DNA from: Syntrophales bacterium
GTDB lineage: Bacteria > Desulfobacterota > Syntrophia > Syntrophales > UBA4778
Length of the DNA: 64,000 bases
Assembly (NCBI GenBank): GCA_041946925.1
Contig: JBHGBI010000002.1
Location: 3,299 to 67,298, forward strand
Reading direction: 5' to 3'
Positions 9,801-18,374 of the stretch are shown piece by piece. The first letter of the stretch is position 1, and each line of letters begins with the position of its first letter. A program made the position numbers and the translations under genes. Below the pieces are notes generated by a model, which made no database searches, was not told the DNA's origin, and saw only the letters and a list, made by a program, of their open reading frames with translations.

Positions 9801-11375
9801 CTAGATTACCGTTCCCCCTTCGTACATTGTCATCAGATACTCGGGAATGCCCTCTCTGTCTGATCTCACGGCTTCGGAAAGATAATCCAGAATATCCTGT
9901 GCTGATATTCCGTCTTCGCCTTTTTCCTTCGCCGCAAGGTCTCCGGCCAGTCCATGGATGAATACTCCCTTTCTAACCGCTTCCGCAAAAGGCAGCCCCA
10001 TTCCGAACATGGCGGCTATTACCCCGTTCAACACATCCCCGCTGCCTGCTTTGGCCATCCCGGGATTTCCTGTCATATTGATGAAGACTCTTTTGTCCGG
10101 ATAACCGATAAGAGAATGTGCGCCTTTTAGAACAATGATCGTGTTCAGCGAGGCGGCGGTACTCTGTAGAATATCCATTTTGTTTCTGTTCAGATCGGGA
10201 ATGTTCATTTTTACGATCCGGGACATCTCACCGAGATGCGGTGTCATGACCGTCTGCGCCTTCCTCGCTTTCAAAATACCGGGATCTGATGAAATCGCCG
10301 TAATGCCGTCGCCGTCTATCAGGAGCGGTCGGGAAATTTCCGCCACCAGTATCTTGATCAGCTTCTGGGTTTCTTCATGGAGGGACATTCCAGGGCCGAC
10401 CACTACCATGTCCATTTTATCGGCGAGCGCAAGCAGGCTCTCCCGGTTTTCCATGGAGATGCTGCCTGCAGCAGTCTCCTTTTGGGGAACCATCACGAGT
10501 TCGCTCCCCCTCATTGCTATAAAGGAGGAAATGGAAGACGGCGCGGCCAGGCGTGAATAGCCTCCGCCCGCTTTCAGAAACGCATAAGCGGAGAAAAAAG
10601 GGGCCCCCAGATAATTCGCCGCTCCGGCGATAAAAAGCACCTCGCCGAAATACCCTTTATGGCCTGCCCTGCTCCTCGGCGGCAGGCATGCGGTCCTGTT
10701 TACGGCTGCTTTGATGGAATCACGATCGTAGTGTTCCGGGGGGAATGAGATATGAGAGATATACAGTTTACCGCACTGTTCATAGCCGGGGTACAGGATA
10801 TTGCCACGCTTCGGGAGGCCGTAGGTTATGGTGCAATCTGCTTTTACCGCCGCACCCAGAATTTCTCCCGTGTCTCCGTGGACGCCGGAGGGGATGTCGA
10901 GACTGAATACTCTTTTACCACAGTTGTTGATCAGCTCAATGGCGGATCTGTACAATCCTTCCACGGGGCGCGCCAGTCCTGTACCGAAAATCGCGTCCAC
11001 TACGGCATCCGAGTGGGCGACGTCGCCGGCGATATCCGCGGTCGATGTGATTCGTTGAACCTCCACCGGCATCCGGGAGATGATCTCGAAGTTCTTTCTT
11101 GCTGCTCCCTTGTATTGTCCGGGATCCCCCAGCAGACATACTTTAACCAGACCTCCAGTGGAAAGAATTTTCCTGGCGACGACAAACCCGTCCCCGCCGT
11201 TATTGCCCGTGCCGCAGAAGATCACGAATTTCCTGCCGGCAATGCCGAATTCCTCCCGGATGGCGAAACAGGAAGCCTGGCCTGCATTTTCCATCAGGAT
11301 GTCTTCTGTCAATCCGAATTGCTCCATCGCCTCGCGATCCAGCATCCTCATTTCGTCCACACTGCTGACTTTCAT
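9801..11375 (-). CDS. nnr: bifunctional NAD(P)H-hydrate epimerase / ADP-dependent dehydratase
   Basis: 524 aa. N-terminal YjeF_N domain (CGTGNNGGDG) plus a C-terminal carbohydrate-kinase-like domain (GNPGMAKAGSGDVLNG). Confidence 0.92.
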   Translation of the reverse strand: MKVSSVDEMRMLDREAMEQFGLTEDILMENAGQASCFAIREEFGIAGRKFVIFCGTGNNGGDGFVVARKILSTGGLVKVCLLGDPGQYKGAARKNFEIISRMPVEVQRITSTADIAGDVAHSDAVVDAIFGTGLARPVEGLYRSAIELINNCGKRVFSLDIPSGVHGDTGEILGAAVKADCTITYGLPKRGNILYPGYEQCGKLYISHISFPPEHYDRDSIKAAVNRTACLPPRSRAGHKGYFGEVLFIAGAANYLGAPFFSAYAFLKAGGGYSRLAAPSSISSFIAMRGSELVMVPQKETAAGSISMENRESLLALADKMDMVVVGPGMSLHEETQKLIKILVAEISRPLLIDGDGITAISSDPGILKARKAQTVMTPHLGEMSRIVKMNIPDLNRNKMDILQSTAASLNTIIVLKGAHSLIGYPDKRVFINMTGNPGMAKAGSGDVLNGVIAAMFGMGLPFAEAVRKGVFIHGLAGDLAAKEKGEDGISAQDILDYLSEAVRSDREGIPEYLMTMYEGGTVI

Positions 11376-11432
11376 TTCATCTCCCGCCGAGTCTTCTTGT
11401 CAATCCGATTGCTTCCGTAGCCGCAATCCACC

Positions 11433-11966
11433 TTAGCCCGCTGGAAGCCGGTATTTTGCCATAAAATAATCAAACGAGTGGTTTTTTGATCGTGCCACAA
11501 CCGGGGAGAAATATTTAAGGATTTCCATCATGAAATCGATTCTCGAATCGAATTTTTCAGGTACGAGCTCAATGAATTTTTCTTTGGTGATATCGTCTGT
11601 CGCCTTTAGAAAAGGAAGGCCCATTTCTTTTTGACTCGAATCATCCAGTCCTGCAAGATACCAGCTTTCGATTTCTTTTATTACTACCTGGACTTTATCC
11701 GTTTCAATATCCTGCAGCTTCATCCGGACATACTGTTTTTTGGCGGTCACGCACGGTTCCGTATCGATATCGGCTGCAATAATGTAATCGGCTCGGATCA
11801 CCCGGAGGCTTTCCAAAATTTTTATGAATTTCTCCCGCTTGAGATTTGCATAAGTGCGTACTTCCACCCTGTGGTAGAACTTTTCGAACATCGGCCTGAT
11901 AATAGAGTCAAAAAAGCGGGCATCACTGCCCCCTTCAACCCAGATAAATAGAAGGGAATCCTTCAT
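11433..11966 (-). CDS. small TOPRIM-like protein (DUF4435/DUF4276-like), partner of the upstream ABC ATPase
   Basis: 177 aa. An N-terminal strand plus acidic motif LLFIWVEGGSD (E11) is followed by IIAADIDTE (D66-x-D68) and EIESWYLAG. This is the Glu...DxD layout of a TOPRIM fold. It starts 5 nt after the ATPase stop. The family assignment comes from motif recognition only. Confidence 0.6.
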   Translation of the reverse strand: MKDSLLFIWVEGGSDARFFDSIIRPMFEKFYHRVEVRTYANLKREKFIKILESLRVIRADYIIAADIDTEPCVTAKKQYVRMKLQDIETDKVQVVIKEIESWYLAGLDDSSQKEMGLPFLKATDDITKEKFIELVPEKFDSRIDFMMEILKYFSPVVARSKNHSFDYFMAKYRLPAG

Positions 11967-11971
11967 CGCGC

Positions 11972-13216
11972 TTACAAGCCCAGCAAATCCTGTCTGAAGA
12001 GGTCCTCCATCCCAAGATCGTGCCGGAGAAACGTCTTTACTTCTTCTTTCTCGGCGGGTCTTATGATTGTGGAAAAACCTTCCTTGTCACGGGATGAGAA
12101 AAAAACGTTTTCCAGTTCCGCGTACTTGACGATTTCAGGGTGATGAGTGGTCAAAAGAATCTGTTTTCTTTCCGAGGCGTCTTTCATCATGCCTATCACC
12201 TTTGAGATGAGCAGAGGATGAATGCTTCGTTCAGGCTCTTCCATAATAACAAAGTCCTTATCTTCGAAATAAAGGACGATCACCAACGCAATGATGTTAA
12301 AAGTCCCGTCGGAAATAAAGGGAGCAGGAATACGGGCGCCTCCGGAATAGATCTCCCTGAGTTTGACCAGAAGAGTCTGGTCCGTAACCTTTTCCACCTC
12401 GATGTCCTTTATAAAGGGGAGAATATCTTTTACAAGATTAGAGAACTTTCTTTTCCTATCCCTGTCGCCCATTAATTTTTCCAGACATATCGCCAGATTA
12501 CGCCCGTCTTCCTCAAGTTCCGCCTTCCCCGCGATCGCGGCCGAACCCTTCGGGAGTTTCGGGTCAAAATTGTAAAAAGCGATCCTGTCAGAAAAGCGAT
12601 CGAGGCGGTGCGCGAACCCGAACAAGGATTTTTCCAGAAGCAGTGTGTCTGTCCCTATGCGCTCACTTTTCAAAAGAGCGGGGAAGATATCTCCGTTCTG
12701 AAGAGGGATGCCCTCGGGCACACTCAAGCGGTAATCGATTTTTTCTCCCCTGTGCTCCAGAATGCTGATCCCGTCTCCTATCCTGGTTCCCTTATCCTTT
12801 CCGGCAATACTGTAAAATTCGAGTCTACTTGAAAGTCGGTCCCTGGTTACTGCGAAGCGCTTTCCTTTACGAAAGCGGATCATGAACTCATACGTAACCG
12901 AAGGAACCCGGATCACCATGGTCCTGTCTTTATCGGGTGGAAGCAGGGAAAGATCGGGGTTGTAACTGATACTTATGGAAAGCGGCTCCGAAGAGGGCAG
13001 GTTCGCATTTCTGATGTACTCCGGCCCTCCCTGCATGGAGACGGCGTTGCCGAGTCCATGATCGGCGACATCCCTCAAAAACCTGAAGACTTGAATGAAG
13101 TTCGATTTTCCGGATGCATTGGTTCCGATCAGGACATTGAGCGCGCCCAAATGATCTATTTTAAGTTTCCTGAAACTCTTGAAATTCGAGAGTTCCAGTG
13201 AGCTGATGAATATCAT
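11972..13216 (-). CDS. ABC-type (AAA_15/AAA_21, OLD/SMC-like) ATPase
   Basis: 414 aa. Walker A GTNASGKS (31-38), signature-like SDG (302-304), Walker B FVIMEEPE (322-329), H-loop TTHH (356-359). A roughly 250-aa insert lies between the Walker motifs. Confidence 0.8.
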   Translation of the reverse strand: MIFISSLELSNFKSFRKLKIDHLGALNVLIGTNASGKSNFIQVFRFLRDVADHGLGNAVSMQGGPEYIRNANLPSSEPLSISISYNPDLSLLPPDKDRTMVIRVPSVTYEFMIRFRKGKRFAVTRDRLSSRLEFYSIAGKDKGTRIGDGISILEHRGEKIDYRLSVPEGIPLQNGDIFPALLKSERIGTDTLLLEKSLFGFAHRLDRFSDRIAFYNFDPKLPKGSAAIAGKAELEEDGRNLAICLEKLMGDRDRKRKFSNLVKDILPFIKDIEVEKVTDQTLLVKLREIYSGGARIPAPFISDGTFNIIALVIVLYFEDKDFVIMEEPERSIHPLLISKVIGMMKDASERKQILLTTHHPEIVKYAELENVFFSSRDKEGFSTIIRPAEKEEVKTFLRHDLGMEDLFRQDLLGL

Positions 13217-13227
13217 ACCCGTACCCG

Positions 13228-13548
13228 CTATCCGTGCAGTTGTTCATCCAGCCATGAGAGATAGTCCGTGTTCCCCTCCGTTATCGGAATGGCGACGATT
13301 TCCGGGACTTCATAGGGATGCACTTCGCGAATGGCATGTTCAAGGTCGGCGAAGATATCTTGTCTGCTTTTTATTATGCAGAGCCATTCCTCCGCCCGTT
13401 CGACCTTATTCTTCCAGCGGTAAATACTAGTTATTGGTCCTGTGATCTGAATGCATCCGGCCAGGTTCTTTTCGATGAGGGTCTGTGCGATACGTTCGGC
13501 GTCTTCTTTTCTTTCTGTAGTGGTGAATACTTGAATGAATTTCCTCAC
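13228..13548 (-). CDS. cutA: divalent-cation tolerance protein CutA
   Basis: 106 aa. CutA1-like sequence (AGCIQITGPITSIYRWKNKVE...HPYEVPEI). Confidence 0.9.
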   Translation of the reverse strand: MRKFIQVFTTTERKEDAERIAQTLIEKNLAGCIQITGPITSIYRWKNKVERAEEWLCIIKSRQDIFADLEHAIREVHPYEVPEIVAIPITEGNTDYLSWLDEQLHG

Positions 13549-13556
13549 TGCCGGCT

Positions 13557-14039
13557 TTACCCCTTCAATTTTTTCACAAGAATCGCGACTCTCCTGCCGA
13601 GCTTGGCAGCGTCTTCAGCCGTCTGTTGATCGGGTGCCCCGGTGCATGATATCCCGTAGTGGCCGCTCGCATCCAGCGGGTCGCCGACAACAATCATTCC
13701 GTATATCAGCAGGGCCTCGATGATCGACATCATGGTGGTTTCCTTTCCGCCGGAAGGATCTGCGGAGGTCGCAAAGGCCGCTCCGACCTTATTTTCCATT
13801 TTCTTCCGGAGCCCGACGAATTTTTCGAAAACGTCTTTTAAACCAGCGGCCATTGTACCGAAATAGACCGGGGATCCGGCGATGATTCCATCCGATTGGA
13901 CCAGATCATCTTTCATGATGTCCGATGCCTGCTTGACAATGCACCGTACTCCTTCCACCTCGCGAACTCCCCGTGCGATAGCTTCCGCCAGTTTTCGCGT
14001 GTTTCCCGTTCGTGAATAGTACATGATCAAGACCTGCAT
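13557..14039 (-). CDS. flavodoxin-like / NAD(P)H-dependent FMN oxidoreductase (WrbA-like)
   Basis: 160 aa. FMN-phosphate loop MYYSRTGNT and GSPVYFG. Confidence 0.8.
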   Translation of the reverse strand: MQVLIMYYSRTGNTRKLAEAIARGVREVEGVRCIVKQASDIMKDDLVQSDGIIAGSPVYFGTMAAGLKDVFEKFVGLRKKMENKVGAAFATSADPSGGKETTMMSIIEALLIYGMIVVGDPLDASGHYGISCTGAPDQQTAEDAAKLGRRVAILVKKLKG

Positions 14040-14250
14040 TACCGGTTCCCTCCTATAGAATTGTCCAGCGGATGAAAAGTTTATACCTTATTTCCTGAAA
14101 AATTAAAAATAAATTTGTCTTATCGGCAGGTTGCTGAAAAGGTTCTGCTTCGCAAGTTGTTCAATGGATTAGGCATCGGACTCAGGTGAGGCTGTCTATC
14201 CGGAAAGAGATCCCGGAAGGAATCATTGTTTTTCCTGCTCTTGAAGAAAT

Positions 14251-14916
14251 TCACTTCTTGTGGACTGCGATCATAGCAAGGTTGCCGCCCGCATAACTGT
14301 ATTGCCTGAAGATATTTCCGCTGTGTTCCCGGACCCAGGACACGATACCTCCGTTCTGCATGAGATGCATGTAATTGTTGTAGTGGGGTGGGTGAATCCG
14401 GTTCATCTGATATTCAATATTCCTGATCAGGAGTCGTCCCGCCCTGCCGTAAATGCCGGCATTTTCCGGAAGAGAGAAATCAATAAAGATCAGGAGCCCT
14501 GCCGGCAGAAGTATTCTGTGGATTTCCTCCCAGACCGCTTCCCGCAGGGTGGGATCCATTTCATGAAAAACAAACCGCATGACAGCCGCATCGAACGACG
14601 GCTTGAAAGGAAGATGCCCGCCGTCCGCCCTCACGAGAGAGTATCCGGGCCGCATGCCAGCTTTTGCGGACGCCTGCGCGAGCATCGCGGCGGACAGGTC
14701 AAGACATACGGAATTGCATCCGGCGTTCGCCAGGAAACGAGCAAGTTCGCCTGTTCCGCAGCCCAGGTCCAAAACCCGTGAGAGGTCCTTTTCTCTGAGG
14801 ACATACAGCAGGTCTGTCTGCATCTGCCGAAGGAACCAGTTCAGGACTGCATTCATCCACGGGAAATAACGAGCTATTGTGCGGTAAGGATCGGATTTCT
14901 CTGCGGGCTTGTTCAT
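14251..14916 (-). CDS. class I SAM-dependent methyltransferase
   Basis: Motif I VLDLGCGTGE. Methyltransf_11-like layout. Confidence 0.85.
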   Translation of the reverse strand: MNKPAEKSDPYRTIARYFPWMNAVLNWFLRQMQTDLLYVLREKDLSRVLDLGCGTGELARFLANAGCNSVCLDLSAAMLAQASAKAGMRPGYSLVRADGGHLPFKPSFDAAVMRFVFHEMDPTLREAVWEEIHRILLPAGLLIFIDFSLPENAGIYGRAGRLLIRNIEYQMNRIHPPHYNNYMHLMQNGGIVSWVREHSGNIFRQYSYAGGNLAMIAVHKK

Positions 14917-14978
14917 CGCGTTTCCCTTTTCCTTTTGGAAATATTTTAATTATTTTTGCCATCCCGCTCAAGAAATTT

Positions 14979-14994
14979 CACTTCATATGAAGTG
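14979..14994. promoter_or_regulatory. 16-bp perfect palindrome (candidate operator) in a divergent intergenic region
   Basis: CACTTCATATGAAGTG equals its own reverse complement. It lies between the divergent methyltransferase (start 14916) and the APC permease (start 15128). Confidence 0.35.
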
Positions 14995-15127
14995 GTTTCG
15001 GATTCCATCTTAACGCTGATTTGTTTTTAAGGTATTTCGCCGGAAAAAATCAGGAATGCCGTTATGGCCTGATTGAGCAAACTCCGTTAAGTTCAAACAA
15101 GGTTGCATAAATGATCCTCAAGGACCC

Positions 15128-16492
15128 ATGGACTCTCTATCCGTTCAGGAGAAGCCGCTTTCGGCGATCGATGCTGTTGCCATCATCGTCGGCATTGTCA
15201 TCGGCGCGGGCATATTCCGGACGCCATCTCTCGTGGCAGCCAATTCGGGAAACGAAGTCTGTGTGCTTCTGGTCTGGCTCATCGGCGGAGCCGTTTCATT
15301 AATAGGCGCGCTTTGCTACGCGGAGTTGACGTCCGCCTATCCTCATAAGGGAGGGGACTATCACTACCTGGACCGCGCTTTCGGAAAAGCCCCTGCATTC
15401 TTGTTTGCATGGGCTCGGATGACGGTCATACAGACCGGGTCCATTGCCATGCTGGCATTCCTGATAGGCGATTATGCAACCGCCGTCCATAGAGTAGGAG
15501 GACACAATTCAAGCTCCCTTTACGCGGCTCTTACGATCCTTACTCTGACCGGGTTCAATATAGCCGGCATCCGCCATGGGAAACGGTTGCAGCACGTGCT
15601 GACAACAGCGATTGTCGCCGGCCTCCTTTCCGTCATTTTTTTGTGTCTTGCGGATTTTCCCCGGGCCATTGCCCTGCATAACAGGCCGTTTCCCGATGGA
15701 GCCGCTCTGGGAAAGGCGATGATATTTGTTCTGCTCACCTATGGAGGCTGGAACGAAGCCGCCTACCTTTCATCGGAAATACACGATTCGAACCGCAACA
15801 TGATTCGGGTGCTTATTTGCAGTATCGGCGTAATAACGGCCATTTATTTGCTGTTCAATTTTGCGCTTCTGCAGGGACTTGGTCTTGCTGCCATGTCGAG
15901 CTCTGACGTGGTTGCGGCGGACCTGATGAGGGAGATCCTCGGATCAGACGGGGCGTTTTACATAAGCCTTCTGATTGTTGTCGCGACCCTTAGTACCATG
16001 AACGGAATCATCATCACGGGGGCCAGGACTAATTACGCCCTGGGGCTGGATTTCAGAATGTTTGGATTTCTCGGAAAATGGAGGGTTCGAGGAAGCACGC
16101 CGGTCAATGCCCTTCTGCTGCAGGGTACGATAGCTCTGATCCTTGTCTTTCTGGGCACATTAACGCGCAGCGGATTCGAAATGATGGTGGAATTCACCGC
16201 GCCGGTTTTCTGGTTTTTCTTTCTTCTTGTCGGTGTTTCAGTGTTTGTGCTGCGCCGGAAAGAGCCTCATGCCGCCCGGCCTTTCCGTATTCCGCTTTAT
16301 CCATTCACGCCGATTCTCTTCTGCGTGATCTGTCTCTATATGCTGCAGGCGAGTCTGATCTATACGGGGCGCGGTGCGCTGGCCGGCGTGGGCGTCCTCC
16401 TGGCGGGAGTCCCTCTTTTTCTTATAAAAAAGCCCCGCGAAAGAGTCGGAGGAAAAGAGGTGCAAAAAACAGTCTGGAGTCCAGAGCCCTGA
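15128..16492 (+). CDS. APC-family amino acid/polyamine permease
   Basis: 454 aa, about 12 hydrophobic segments. N-terminal IVGIVIGAGIF motif typical of APC transporters. Confidence 0.9.
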   Translation: MDSLSVQEKPLSAIDAVAIIVGIVIGAGIFRTPSLVAANSGNEVCVLLVWLIGGAVSLIGALCYAELTSAYPHKGGDYHYLDRAFGKAPAFLFAWARMTVIQTGSIAMLAFLIGDYATAVHRVGGHNSSSLYAALTILTLTGFNIAGIRHGKRLQHVLTTAIVAGLLSVIFLCLADFPRAIALHNRPFPDGAALGKAMIFVLLTYGGWNEAAYLSSEIHDSNRNMIRVLICSIGVITAIYLLFNFALLQGLGLAAMSSSDVVAADLMREILGSDGAFYISLLIVVATLSTMNGIIITGARTNYALGLDFRMFGFLGKWRVRGSTPVNALLLQGTIALILVFLGTLTRSGFEMMVEFTAPVFWFFFLLVGVSVFVLRRKEPHAARPFRIPLYPFTPILFCVICLYMLQASLIYTGRGALAGVGVLLAGVPLFLIKKPRERVGGKEVQKTVWSPEP

Positions 16493-16555
16493 AAACTCCA
16501 AGACAGGAGAACGGTTGGCCCGGATGAGCGGGAGAAATCTGAAAAGGAGGGAATC

Positions 16556-17476
16556 ATGAAAAGATTTCAGGCGATCACATTTTTTCTGGTGTTTTTCTTT
16601 CTGGCTGCGGGGATATCCGCGCATATCCATTTTCAAACCGTTCCGGCGGCTGAGGGGATGAGCGGGTTTACAAGCGAATTGCCTGAAACTCCAAGGTTGG
16701 ATGTTCCGTTTGTGCCGACCAGCGAGGATGTAGTTGCCGAGATGATCAGAATGGCGGATGTACGCCGGGATGACATCGTTTATGATCTCGGCTGCGGGGA
16801 CGGCCGGATACTCATCGCGGCGGCGCGAATCACCGGGGCTTCCGGCGTCGGCGTTGATATAGATCCGCAGAGAATCAAGGAGAGCAGGGAAAATGCTGCT
16901 CGGGCAAGAGTTCAGGACAGGGTCAGATTCTATGAGCAGAATCTTTTCGATACCGATATCCGGGAGGCCTCTGTTGTCATGCTGTATCTTCTTCCTGACG
17001 TTAATATCCGATTGCGTCCCAAATTGCTGGGCGAATTGAAACCCGGCACAAGAATCATATCGCATAATTATCACATGGAGCCGTGGAGTGCGGACCGGGT
17101 ATCCCGAGTCGGAATGCATACCATCTATTTCTGGATAGTTCCCGCCGATATTTCGGGAATCTGGAAAGCCGAAGTGCGGATACCGACGGCTTCGGTATCC
17201 TGTATTATCCGGTTCGATCAGGAATTCCAGAAAATAAAGGGGACTCTGAGTCAGGGTAAGGTTGTCATGCCGATGAAGAAAGCTGATCTGGCCGGAGACA
17301 GTCTCTCATTTAATATAGAGCGGAAATGGGAAAGAGAAGTCATCCCCGTGCATTTCGAGGGCAGGGTAAGAGGCAATTCGATCCAGGGATTTCTCACCAG
17401 TCCGGCAGGGCCGTGGAAGGGAAAGCATGCGTGGATAGCCGTGCGCAACCCGGGTTCAAGGGCGTCGCTTCCTTAA
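16556..17476 (+). CDS. signal/anchor-bearing class I SAM-dependent methyltransferase with an uncharacterised C-terminal domain
   Basis: GGAGGG RBS. The N-terminus MKRFQAITFFLVFFFLAAGISAH is hydrophobic. Motif I is VYDLGCGDGRILIAAA. The last ~110 aa have no motif I recognise. Confidence 0.7.
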   Translation: MKRFQAITFFLVFFFLAAGISAHIHFQTVPAAEGMSGFTSELPETPRLDVPFVPTSEDVVAEMIRMADVRRDDIVYDLGCGDGRILIAAARITGASGVGVDIDPQRIKESRENAARARVQDRVRFYEQNLFDTDIREASVVMLYLLPDVNIRLRPKLLGELKPGTRIISHNYHMEPWSADRVSRVGMHTIYFWIVPADISGIWKAEVRIPTASVSCIIRFDQEFQKIKGTLSQGKVVMPMKKADLAGDSLSFNIERKWEREVIPVHFEGRVRGNSIQGFLTSPAGPWKGKHAWIAVRNPGSRASLP

Positions 17477-17480
17477 GCGG

Positions 17481-18374
17481 TTATGCTCTCTTCGCGTTTT
17501 TTTGTGCGGTCTTCCGAGCAGGTCCGGTAAATGGCCCGGAGGAGAGTTTGTGTTTTCTGTAGACCAGAAGAATAATGCCGCAGAGGATCATGGCCAGGCA
17601 AAGGACCTGGCCCATGCTCAGAAACCCCAGCACAAAACCGAGCTGCGTGTCAGGCTCCCGGACAAACTCGATAAAAAAGCGAACCAGGCCGTATCCTATA
17701 ATGTACAGGCCCAGAAAGGCTCCTTCGAAGATTTTTCTTTTTCTCAGCAACCAGAGGAGGACAAAAAGGACGATTCCCTCGAAAAAAGCTTCGTAGAGCT
17801 GGGAGGGATGCCGCAGCGCGTGCGTGGGATCCAGCGGAAAATACATGCCCCAGGGGACGGTTGTCGCTCTGCCGTACAACTCTCCGTTCATGAAATTGCC
17901 GATCCGGCCGAAAGTATAGCCGAGGGGAATGACCGGGCAGACGAGGTCGGCGAAATACCAGAAATTGATATTGTGATTCCGGCAATAAAAGATGGAAGCC
18001 GCGAGGACGCCGATGGCACCGCCGTGATATGACATTCCGCTGATTCCCACGAAGCGAAATCCATTCGTGTAATCGAAAGGCGAGATGATCTCCAGGGGAT
18101 GTCTTATATAATAGGAAAGATTGTAAAAAAATACATATCCCAGTCTGGCGCCGATGATCAGACCGATAATAGCCCAGAACAGGAAATTCTGGACGGTTTC
18201 TTTTGTGTAGGGATGGTGCTCTGTCTTGATCCTGTAAGATACGAGAATATAGGTCAGGATAAAAGCGACAATGTACATCAGGCTGTAATATCTGATCTGG
18301 AAGGCGCCGATTTGGACAAGTACGGGACTGATGTGCTCGGGTATATGCTGCCAGAAGCAAAGGAAAGAACCCAT
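17481..18374 (-). CDS. lgt: prolipoprotein diacylglyceryl transferase
   Basis: Contains GRIGNF and HPSQLYE motifs and is polytopic. The preferred ATG 18374 overlaps the trxB stop by 1 nt (TGATG). Confidence 0.92.
   Translation of the reverse strand: MGSFLCFWQHIPEHISPVLVQIGAFQIRYYSLMYIVAFILTYILVSYRIKTEHHPYTKETVQNFLFWAIIGLIIGARLGYVFFYNLSYYIRHPLEIISPFDYTNGFRFVGISGMSYHGGAIGVLAASIFYCRNHNINFWYFADLVCPVIPLGYTFGRIGNFMNGELYGRATTVPWGMYFPLDPTHALRHPSQLYEAFFEGIVLFVLLWLLRKRKIFEGAFLGLYIIGYGLVRFFIEFVREPDTQLGFVLGFLSMGQVLCLAMILCGIILLVYRKHKLSSGPFTGPARKTAQKNAKRA

Noticed and set aside
11376-13227. Mobile-element or integrative-island boundaries around the ATPase/TOPRIM pair, and tRNA-Gly at 62032 as an integration site
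   Set aside because: No integrase, transposase, direct-repeat att-like duplication or inverted terminal repeats are visible at either location. Horizontal origin remains only a hypothesis, to be tested by synteny and GC analysis.
16238-17119. 293-aa minus-strand ORF spanning the permease / methyltransferase junction
   Set aside because: It crosses an intergenic region antisense to two supported genes and has a biased Arg/Pro/His composition.
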